Assembly: GCA_015233335.1 (NCBI GenBank)
Contig: JADFXX010000002.1
Span: forward strand, 891 to 64,890
DNA from: Candidatus Omnitrophota bacterium
Lineage (GTDB): Bacteria; Omnitrophota; Gorgyraeia; Zapsychrales; Fredricksoniimonadaceae
Length of the DNA: 64,000 nucleotides
Reading direction: 5' to 3'
Shown here: positions 54,873 to 62,166 of the stretch, piece by piece
How the letters are laid out: the number at the start of each line of letters is the position of its first letter
How positions within the stretch are numbered: the first letter of the stretch is position 1
Position numbers and translations under genes: made by a program
Notes under the pieces: generated by a model
Told to the model about the DNA's origin: nothing
Database searches by the model: none
The model's input: only the letters and a program-made list of their open reading frames with translations

Positions 54873-57743
54873 TCAATAATTTACTGTCACCGAATTGGAA
54901 GCCAAACTTTCAACCCCGCTTGAATTAAAAGCCGTAACTTTATAATTATAAACCGTTCCTTTTGTCGTATTCTTATCCGTGTATGAAGTTGATGCACCAA
55001 CGGTAGCCAACAGAGAATAAGCACCGGCACCTACGGAACGATAAATCTTATTTTGAACTACACCGGGCGCTATTGACTGTGCCCAATATAACACGACCCC
55101 TCCATAGACAATTCTGCCTCCTACTCTGGCCGCTAAAAGCGTTGCTTTTATGTTCGTTGGGGCTGGCATGCCCTGGGGGGCTGCACTTACTTCAAAAGAA
55201 TTGGCCCCTTCACCGGTGCCATTAACCGCACTGACTACGTAGTAATAGGTGGTCCCGTTGGTCAGATTAGTATCTGTATAAGATGGAGTTGTGACTGCTC
55301 CGGGTGTAGATACGGTTGAATATGACCCGCCGCTTGTTGGCGATCTTTTAACATTATAGGACGTTGCACCATTAGCGTTCCAAGTCAATGTTACTTGTTT
55401 ATTACCTGAAGCAGCATTTACTCCCGTCGGAGCTAAGGGCAAAGTTGCCAAGGGTGTGAGCGGTATTTCTACAGAATTCGCACCCTCCCCACTTGCATTA
55501 AGCGCGCTAATGACATAGTAATAAGGGGTGTTGTTGCTAAGGCCGCTGTCTGTAAAAGATGTCCCCGTAACTGTGGCTATGGTTGAATACCCGCTTCCGC
55601 TGGTTAAAGATCTTTTAACATGATACGACGTGGCTGTTGGCGTCACATTCCAATTGATGGTGGCTTGTGTGTTGCCCGGAGTACCGTTCTGTCCTGTCGG
55701 AGCTGACGGAGGGGCAATAGGAGTAGCACTAACCTGAGAAGAAAATGTGCTTTCTTCTCCTAAAATACTAACCGAAGTGACCACATAATAATATGTTGTC
55801 CCATTGATGACATTGGTGTTATCTGTATAAGGAAGCGAGGTTATACCGGTGTATGTTGGTGTTGAATAAGAATTAGAAGTGGTTGACCTGTAAATTTTAT
55901 ACGACACTGCTGCCGGAATAAGACTCCAGGACAGTGTGACTTGGGCATTTCCCGCTGTCGCGGTCAAACCGCTAGGCGTTGCAGCAAAGAGATCATTGTA
56001 CAAACCAAGACCACTAACAGAACCTATCAAAGAACCTAACCCTGTGACAAGGTCATACCCTATTCCTGCTGAAAAGCCATTATTCCCTGAGGTTATATCA
56101 TGATAATCTAGAGCATTGTGACTTCCTTGGGCAATCGTATAAAGTGACGGATTAAGAAAACCAATAGGAGTCTGTCTAACCTGATTAACGCGGGTTACAA
56201 GAGCTGCCCAGATGGGCGTCGCAACACTAGATCCCCAATAACAGCCCCAACTCCCACCAATTAAAACATCATAACAAGAGCTCAGGCTATTATCTGCAGT
56301 TAGGGCTACATCAGGAACATTACGTCCTCCGGCAGTAATGCCGGCCAATCCCTGCTGATACAACGGGACCGGCCAAGTTCCGCTAATCCCTCCGCCGCTT
56401 TCTGAAGAACCCGTTTCAGAGCTCCAATTCCCAGAAGGATCTGTTGTCAAGGCACTGATCCCAACAGCAGTTACACCGGGGTCAGAAGCAGGAGAACTGG
56501 CATTTGTAGTAGGACCGGAAGTGTTGTAAGCTCCTGCATCACCCGACGCTACCATAATAGTCACTCCCTGAGTGGCCATCTGTTGAAAAAGAGTATGCTC
56601 CGTATCGAGAATAGAAAAACCGCTAAAAAGGATAATATTAGCTATCGACTGCTCTGCAATCCCCCATGAAACGCTGACCACTTGTGCTATATTATCACTT
56701 GCGATCCGTTCCCATTCATCAATATAATTCAAAGCAGTATTTTGGGCCTCATAAACCAAGATCTGCTTAAGCCCCTGGGCAATTCCCAATGCTATTTCAA
56801 TGTCCAGCGTCACTTCGTCAGTACTGGGTCCGGCCGACCCATCATACCCATCAATCAAAACATTCTGCAAACTAGGCAAGTGAAAACCAAAATAACCGGC
56901 ATAAGTAGAAATATCACTTGCCAAATATCCATCAAGTTCAAAAAGCGCTAATGTCTGATTATTGCCATCAGTCGTATTCAACGTAAAATTATAAGCTTTA
57001 GCGACATCTTGAGGCTCAAGCCCTCCGTTAGGCCCATGATGAGCTAGGGGTTGCGCCTTCACTCCGCCCGTGGCGGTGACTATACCTTTTTGCAATGACT
57101 TATTTTGCTTGGGGCCTGTATACTTATGGTTAAAAGCCTGAAACTTTACTGCGTTGTCCAACCCGATAACTGCCTTTATTTTCCCTGCCATTGGAGTAGG
57201 AATCGTTGGATCCGCATCAGGAGCGAAAAATAGCGTCCCGTCACTTCTTTTATAATTATTAACGTTAAGCTTAAAAGCATGCTCAACTTTTGATAATGGG
57301 CCTGTCACAGAAAGAATAAGCCCGTTTTTTGACTGTCTCTTAACGGTCAAGCCCAGTGACTTAAGATTTTCTTGAACTATTGAAAAGTCGAGTGCAGAGG
57401 CTCCAAATTGCTGGGCAAATTGTTCAGGAGTTATGAATTTATGATAAATCGGGCTTTGGGGATCGTAAAGGTTCTTAATAAGTTGATCCAATCCGGCTTG
57501 GTCCTTAACAGGCAGAATGATTCGAAGATCAAGCGTTTGATTAGAGTTCGCATGTGCTATTCTTTGGGCTTTGCCTTTAGACACTTCTCCGGGGACGTAA
57601 TTAAGCAGGGTTTGACTGCCATCCGGATTATTTTTAAAATGAGCCGTTAATTTTTTTTCTTGGGCATTGGCCAGAGAACTCAATAAGACAAGAACAGCCA
57701 TTGTCAAATTCCAAAACGTGCCCATCTTTTTAAAAATCGTCAT
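54873..57743 (-). CDS. Secreted S53 (sedolisin/kumamolisin-like) peptidase with C-terminal FN3 domains (paralog 2)
   Basis: 956 aa. Signal peptide (SLANA|QE); pro-domain (DLRIILPV...YDPQSPIYHKFITPEQF); catalytic motifs EVTLDIE, ASGDAGAY and WGSSVATPIWA; FN3 repeats with YNVKRS / TYYYVVSAVN. Confidence 0.85.
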   Translation of the reverse strand: MTIFKKMGTFWNLTMAVLVLLSSLANAQEKKLTAHFKNNPDGSQTLLNYVPGEVSKGKAQRIAHANSNQTLDLRIILPVKDQAGLDQLIKNLYDPQSPIYHKFITPEQFAQQFGASALDFSIVQENLKSLGLTVKRQSKNGLILSVTGPLSKVEHAFKLNVNNYKRSDGTLFFAPDADPTIPTPMAGKIKAVIGLDNAVKFQAFNHKYTGPKQNKSLQKGIVTATGGVKAQPLAHHGPNGGLEPQDVAKAYNFTLNTTDGNNQTLALFELDGYLASDISTYAGYFGFHLPSLQNVLIDGYDGSAGPSTDEVTLDIEIALGIAQGLKQILVYEAQNTALNYIDEWERIASDNIAQVVSVSWGIAEQSIANIILFSGFSILDTEHTLFQQMATQGVTIMVASGDAGAYNTSGPTTNASSPASDPGVTAVGISALTTDPSGNWSSETGSSESGGGISGTWPVPLYQQGLAGITAGGRNVPDVALTADNSLSSCYDVLIGGSWGCYWGSSVATPIWAALVTRVNQVRQTPIGFLNPSLYTIAQGSHNALDYHDITSGNNGFSAGIGYDLVTGLGSLIGSVSGLGLYNDLFAATPSGLTATAGNAQVTLSWSLIPAAVSYKIYRSTTSNSYSTPTYTGITSLPYTDNTNVINGTTYYYVVTSVSILGEESTFSSQVSATPIAPPSAPTGQNGTPGNTQATINWNVTPTATSYHVKRSLTSGSGYSTIATVTGTSFTDSGLSNNTPYYYVISALNASGEGANSVEIPLTPLATLPLAPTGVNAASGNKQVTLTWNANGATSYNVKRSPTSGGSYSTVSTPGAVTTPSYTDTNLTNGTTYYYVVSAVNGTGEGANSFEVSAAPQGMPAPTNIKATLLAARVGGRIVYGGVVLYWAQSIAPGVVQNKIYRSVGAGAYSLLATVGASTSYTDKNTTKGTVYNYKVTAFNSSGVESLASNSVTVNY

Positions 57744-57792
57744 GACTGTTCTCCTTGGATATTAAGAAGCACTTTTTTACAATGTAATAATA

Positions 57793-57812
57793 ATTATACG
57801 TCTTTCAAAGAC
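57793..57812 (-). promoter_or_regulatory. -10 box (TATAAT) abutted by a 13-nt palindrome upstream of S53 paralog 2
   Basis: Minus strand: GTCTTT-G-AAAGAC (57812..57800), G, then TATAAT (57798..57793). No convincing -35. SD AAGGAG lies 7 nt before the ATG at 57743. Confidence 0.3.
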
Positions 57813-57860
57813 TTTAAAAAGAAGAAATAGAATTATTTTGATTAGGGAGAAAACTGCGGA

Positions 57861-59225
57861 TTATTTGCCTAAATCTTTCAACAAACGGTCACGGTCAAGG
57901 CCAATCTTAGCCATGGCTTCTTTAGGGTTAAGCGCATAAAAATGACAAAAAGTGGTCACTTCTTTGATGGTATGGACGTCACGGTCATTCAAGACTTTTA
58001 AAACAGCGCCACGCATCCAGGTTTCATTAATAATATCCCGCGGGGTTAATCCCGCCTCGCGGCTTAAGCGGTCTCGATAAACCGTACTGGGAGAGACCGC
58101 TATAACACGTTTCTGCTCATAACTATATTTAAAAACATGGGAAAGCAACACGCGCACTTCATCCGCACTAGTTTCAGAAATTTCATCGACAACACGAAAT
58201 AGTTGGCCTCCCACATGATAACGTTTGAGGATGACAAACACATCAATTAAATTAATCAACACTTCAGGAACGTTCATGGGTTCGTTGTGAAGCCGCGTGA
58301 TGGTTTCCCTTGCGGTCAGCGCATGAATAGTCCCCATGCAATATTTACCGATATTGACCGCGGTGATCATATCACGGGCCTCTGACCCCCGGACTTCCCC
58401 GACAATAACACGCTCGGGCCTCATACGCAGGCTATTTTTAACCAAGTCCGAAAGGGTCAATTCATCATCGGTTTCCAAGCGGGAAGCACTATCCTCTAGG
58501 AATGTGTTTAACTCCAAGGTGTCTTCGATCACGACCAAACGATCTTTGGGAGGGATAAAGCTCAGCAAAGCATTAAGCAATGTGGTTTTACCAGTCCCCG
58601 GACCGCCGGCAATGATCATGTTAGCCGGCCTCACAGATAAGCCTTCCAGGTAAAGCCACAACTGACCCGCCGCCTCATAACTCATACTTTGACGACGGAT
58701 CAAATCAATAATGCTCAAAGGATCTGTTTTAGCTTTGGTAATGGTCAACTGCACCCCTAAGGGGGAGTCAATGATATTGACACGACCCGCAAGATTTGCT
58801 AATTCCAGATTTGCGATCTTGTGGTAGCCTTTTCGACCCGAAAAAACCAGCAATTTCTGCACAAAATTATTTAATTCATAACGGGAGTTGAAACGCTTAT
58901 CGGTTGCGATGAAACCTTTTTGAGAGTGATGGATATAAATAGGTTTTAAAGCATTAATGATAATATCCTCGACTTCGGCACTGTAAAGCAGATCTTCAAT
59001 GATGTCATAACAGAGGAATTTCTTAATAAAAACGTTTCGATCTTCAGCCGATGCCAGAACATTCGCAAAAGCTTTGCCTTCATCATTGAGTAATTCCTGC
59101 AAAGCAGTTTTAACCACAGAGACCCGCTCCTCCGAAGACTGCATGAGCGTCATACGTCCCATGAGCCGCCCAAGGAGCAATGCTTCCAATTGAAGCTGAT
59201 CATTTTTTGACATAACCGAACTCAA
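57861..59225 (-). CDS. Type II/IV secretion-family ATPase, FlaI / archaeal-type PilB-like
   Basis: 454 aa. Walker A GGPGTGKTT, Walker B region RVIVGEVRG, His-box region GTIHA, and a FlaI-style C-terminal helical tail. The track start is TTG at 59225; an alternative ATG is at 59213. Confidence 0.75.
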   Translation of the reverse strand: MSSVMSKNDQLQLEALLLGRLMGRMTLMQSSEERVSVVKTALQELLNDEGKAFANVLASAEDRNVFIKKFLCYDIIEDLLYSAEVEDIIINALKPIYIHHSQKGFIATDKRFNSRYELNNFVQKLLVFSGRKGYHKIANLELANLAGRVNIIDSPLGVQLTITKAKTDPLSIIDLIRRQSMSYEAAGQLWLYLEGLSVRPANMIIAGGPGTGKTTLLNALLSFIPPKDRLVVIEDTLELNTFLEDSASRLETDDELTLSDLVKNSLRMRPERVIVGEVRGSEARDMITAVNIGKYCMGTIHALTARETITRLHNEPMNVPEVLINLIDVFVILKRYHVGGQLFRVVDEISETSADEVRVLLSHVFKYSYEQKRVIAVSPSTVYRDRLSREAGLTPRDIINETWMRGAVLKVLNDRDVHTIKEVTTFCHFYALNPKEAMAKIGLDRDRLLKDLGK

Positions 59226-59752
59226 TCCTCTTTTTTATGATATTCATCCAACAATCGCCGTATATCAGTAGGTGAATTTTTAGCAATTTGAGAACAGACA
59301 AAGATCAACAACGAGAACTGCCAAACATCGTCAGGCCCGCAAACTAAACCTGCAGATGTATTTTCCTCTCTCTGCAATTGATTCCCATATACTCCAATAG
59401 CATTTTCTATTTTACCTTCAAAAACGTTCAAAGAGAAAATTTTATTATCATATTTCATGGAAGGCAGGGTAACCCCCCTGACCATGAGAAAATTAATCAT
59501 GGTGTTTTCAAGAAAAGAGCCTTCACCGAGATCAAAACCTTCCAGTTGAGGGATATTCGGAGGTAAGATCAAGGTTGGCCGATGGACCAACACTTCTCCC
59601 GTACGCACAACCGTATCGCCTTCGTTAATGACAGACGGTGATAAAAGTATATACGGCACATGCGTTTCAGAGAAGGTTTGCAGACCTGTGACCCTTGAAC
59701 GGATGATGTTTGTTTCTTTTAAAGCCTTTTCCCAAGCTGAATGGACATCCAT
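59222..59752 (-). CDS. Hypothetical cytoplasmic protein (no recognisable domain)
   Basis: 176 aa. Start lies 1 nt after the upstream stop, and its stop overlaps the ATPase TTG start. No TM helix or nucleotide-binding motif seen. Confidence 0.5.
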   Translation of the reverse strand: MDVHSAWEKALKETNIIRSRVTGLQTFSETHVPYILLSPSVINEGDTVVRTGEVLVHRPTLILPPNIPQLEGFDLGEGSFLENTMINFLMVRGVTLPSMKYDNKIFSLNVFEGKIENAIGVYGNQLQREENTSAGLVCGPDDVWQFSLLIFVCSQIAKNSPTDIRRLLDEYHKKED

Positions 59753-59753
59753 A

Positions 59754-60191
59754 TCAATGACGGATCCTTACTTTAAAATTAGAAACAAGCAACACTCCAT
59801 TTTGCGCCTTAATTTGAACCTCAAGGATATCTGGAGCTTGGGACTGACGGCGGATAAACAACCCACCAATATGATCCGCGATCAAAACAGCCTGCCCCTT
59901 GTTAAGACGCCACAAATGTTCATTCTTTAACTCATACTCCAAGGCGCCCTGCCCTGTGTGCTCAAATGCAATACGACCATGCCATCGACCATCGGCAGGC
60001 ACATCCTGAATAGTGTCTTCACGGGCCTCGCGTAGATCAAACATCAGATGATCCAATGCTTTACGAATTTCGTGGGCCAAGATGACTTTTTGATGATAAT
60101 CTTCTTTATTTTTAACTTTAAAGAAGATGACTATCATCAAAGCCAAAAGACCGATGAGCAGAAAAGCGCATATAATTTTTATTTTATTCAT
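59754..60191 (-). CDS. Hypothetical single-pass membrane protein
   Basis: 145 aa. N-terminal TM helix IICAFLLIGLLALMIVIFF plus a beta-rich soluble domain. ATGA overlap with the SPFH gene. Confidence 0.5.
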   Translation of the reverse strand: MNKIKIICAFLLIGLLALMIVIFFKVKNKEDYHQKVILAHEIRKALDHLMFDLREAREDTIQDVPADGRWHGRIAFEHTGQGALEYELKNEHLWRLNKGQAVLIADHIGGLFIRRQSQAPDILEVQIKAQNGVLLVSNFKVRIRH

Positions 60192-60964
60192 GAATCCTTC
60201 TTTTCTCCGAGTTTTGCTGTCAGGGCCCTGACTGATTCTAAAATATCGATGGGAACGGCCAGTACGACAGTATTTGATGGTGTGGGCCCAAGCCCATCAA
60301 TAGTTTGAAGGGTCCTTAACTGCATGGCGCCGGGAGACTGGGTCATTGTTTTGGCAGCTTCTGCCAAATTGAAAGCCGCTAATTTATCCCCTTCCGCCTT
60401 GGTAATGGTCGCTCTTTTCTCTCTTTCCGCAGATGCCTGCCGGGACATCATCTTTTTTAATTCTTCAGGCACATCCACATCCAGGATCTTGATAGCTGTT
60501 ACATTAAGCCCCCAAGTCTCTGCCTGCTTTTGAATGATCGCTTCAATTTCATCACCGATCTTCTGTCTTTCCGCTAAAAGATCATCAAAGGTCATCCCGC
60601 CAACCACATCTCTTAAGGCTGCCTGAGCGTATTGTGAAACGGCGTATAAATAATTTTGGACTTTAATAACTGCTGTTTGGGCATCAACAACCTGAAAATA
60701 GACTACCCCATTAATTGATACCGGCACATTATCTTTTGTGATCGCTTGCTGTTTAGGAATATCATTGGTCAATACCCGCATATCCACAACTCTTGCGTAC
60801 TCAATGACGGGAATTAAAAAATTCAATCCCGGCTGAAGCGTTCTGGAGTACCGTCCAAGCTGAAAAACAACACCGGTTTCATACTGCTGAATGATCCTGA
60901 TAGAAGAAATCAATATCACAATCAAAACTGGAATTAATATGACCCCCATAAGAATTGCCCTCAC
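60188..60964 (-). CDS. SPFH/band-7 (slipin/stomatin-like) membrane-scaffold protein
   Basis: 258 aa. N-terminal TM helix, QYETGVVFQLGRYSRTLQPGLNFLIP motif, C-terminal coiled coil. Confidence 0.85.
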   Translation of the reverse strand: MRAILMGVILIPVLIVILISSIRIIQQYETGVVFQLGRYSRTLQPGLNFLIPVIEYARVVDMRVLTNDIPKQQAITKDNVPVSINGVVYFQVVDAQTAVIKVQNYLYAVSQYAQAALRDVVGGMTFDDLLAERQKIGDEIEAIIQKQAETWGLNVTAIKILDVDVPEELKKMMSRQASAEREKRATITKAEGDKLAAFNLAEAAKTMTQSPGAMQLRTLQTIDGLGPTPSNTVVLAVPIDILESVRALTAKLGEKKDS

Positions 60965-61049
60965 TTTCTAGTTAAACTAATTAAGTAACTTTTAAATAGC
61001 AATAAAAACTCCCCCCTTCGGGCATGAAGTTTTCATCTTTAGAGAAGAC

Positions 61050-61141
61050 TGGCGGAGAGGGAGAGATTTGAACTCTCGATCCGAGTTACCCCGGACAACG
61101 GTTTTCGAGACCGCCGCATTCGACCACTCTGCCACCTCTCC
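61050..61141 (-). tRNA. tRNA-Ser (anticodon CGA), CCA encoded
   Basis: Minus strand: GGAGAGG-UG-GCA..UGC-G-GCGGU-CUCGAAA-ACCGU, long variable arm, GAGAG-UUCAAAU-CUCUC, CCUCUCC-G-CCA. Confidence 0.9.
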
Positions 61142-61143
61142 AA

Positions 61144-61191
61144 AGGTGTTGTCCCTGAGCTTGTTTTCGAAGAAAACTGAAGGAACCACCT
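61144..61191 (-). repeat. 48-nt structured element, copy 2 (5' leader of tRNA-Ser(CGA))
   Basis: 42/48 identical to 21622..21669. Its 3' arm ends 2 nt before tRNA position 1. One C-G to U-A compensatory change, and one change that stays paired (G.U) only on the minus-strand RNA. Confidence 0.7.
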
Positions 61192-61205
61192 GTCTCCACT
61201 GACCT

Positions 61206-61234
61206 GCTATATCAAACACATTTAGAAATGTCAA
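61206..61234 (-). promoter_or_regulatory. Sigma70 promoter for tRNA-Ser(CGA)
   Basis: Minus strand: TTGACA (61234..61229), 17 nt, TATAGC (61211..61206). Its spacer and -10 (TTTCTAAATGTGTTTGATATAG) recur, in a form I read as 22/24 identical, at 21595..21618 before tRNA-Ser(GCU). Confidence 0.55.
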
Positions 61235-61288
61235 TTATACACATCCTGGCAACTTAAGGGAATCAAAAATAAAAATCACAGGAAGAGG

Positions 61289-61591
61289 TTAATAAGTGAA
61301 AAAAATGATATAAAGCAAGACGCAGATAATGACGGTAGTAATTAAATAAAAATCGTTAAAATAGAAAAAATCCCTGAGGCGCTCACCCGCGGTATAAATC
61401 TGGATCACATTTTCAGAAACAACCTCACCGCTGGTACGCATGCCTACGACTTCATTGCGTTTAAGGCGCAAAAACTGGTCCGCGATCTTATACGCCTGTA
61501 AGTTGCCGCCTTCAATAAGATCCATGACCTTTTTTTCAGATACGCTTAAAATTTGAGCTGTTTCACGTACGGTAATATATTGACTGCTCAT
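61289..61591 (-). CDS. Excisionase-family HTH (HTH_17-type) protein with C-terminal TM anchor
   Basis: Likely start MSSQYITVRETAQILSVSEKKVMDLIEGG at 61591, an ATGA overlap with the bactofilin stop. C-terminal helix YLITTVIICVLLYIIFF. Confidence 0.65.
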   Translation of the reverse strand: MSSQYITVRETAQILSVSEKKVMDLIEGGNLQAYKIADQFLRLKRNEVVGMRTSGEVVSENVIQIYTAGERLRDFFYFNDFYLITTVIICVLLYIIFFTY

Positions 61592-62109
61592 GATTTGACC
61601 CTGCCTGAGGCAGCCCACACATCGATTTGGGCCCGCTCAAATTTCCAATTCTCTCCCTCTCTAATAGCAGGGATCTTACCGGTTGTGGCTAACTCTATAA
61701 TGGCCGGTATATCAATTTCCAAATATTGTGCAAGATCATCAATGCTTAAAATATCTTCCAGCATGTGGCAGTGTCCCTGAAAAATAGCGCCCTCGACAAT
61801 GTTTAACTTGGGCGTCGATATATCCCCATGCAAAACCGCGGTTGGCATCAACACCAGCATTTTTTTGGCTGTACAGTTACCTTTGACTTTCCCTGCAACA
61901 ATGACATTATCACCGACAATATTGGCCTCAACTTGTGCTGTGGGACCTATGGTCAGAGTGCCACGGGTATCGAGCTTTCCCGTATAACGGCCGTGAATCT
62001 TTAAATTCACCGGATCAGCAAAAGTCAAAGACCCTTCCATTTGGGCATTGATTTCAACCACTTTTTCTTCCGGCAACTCTTTGGGTTCTTTACGGTTAAA
62101 TGCCATCAA
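61588..62109 (-). CDS. Bactofilin fused to a C-terminal excisionase-family HTH domain
   Basis: 173 aa. Bactofilin beta-helix repeats (GSLTF...GRYTGKL...GTLTIG...ANIVGDNVIVAGKVKGN...LHGDISTPKLNIVEGAIFQG), then LSIDDLAQYLEIDIPAIIELATTGKIPAIREGENWKF. Confidence 0.75.
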   Translation of the reverse strand: MMAFNRKEPKELPEEKVVEINAQMEGSLTFADPVNLKIHGRYTGKLDTRGTLTIGPTAQVEANIVGDNVIVAGKVKGNCTAKKMLVLMPTAVLHGDISTPKLNIVEGAIFQGHCHMLEDILSIDDLAQYLEIDIPAIIELATTGKIPAIREGENWKFERAQIDVWAASGRVKS

Positions 62110-62166
62110 GATCTCCTCTATAAGGTTGAATGACTCTCCTATTTATAACAAAATAACAGCCCCTGG

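Noticed and set aside
60992-61234. 80-aa minus-strand ORF, together with ORFs 21489..21689 and 21539..21781 on the plus strand
   Set aside because: They run straight through hand-folded tRNA-Ser genes and their leader/promoter elements, and none has an SD.
61050-62109. Possible integrated mobile element: tRNA-Ser gene next to two excisionase-family HTH proteins
   Set aside because: There is no integrase, recombinase, phage or conjugation gene, and no direct repeat of the tRNA 3' end. The tRNA-like 9-mer at the other Ser locus lies 5' of the tRNA and is too short to call an att site. The HTH domains are fused to a bactofilin and to a TM anchor, not to an Xis-like small protein.
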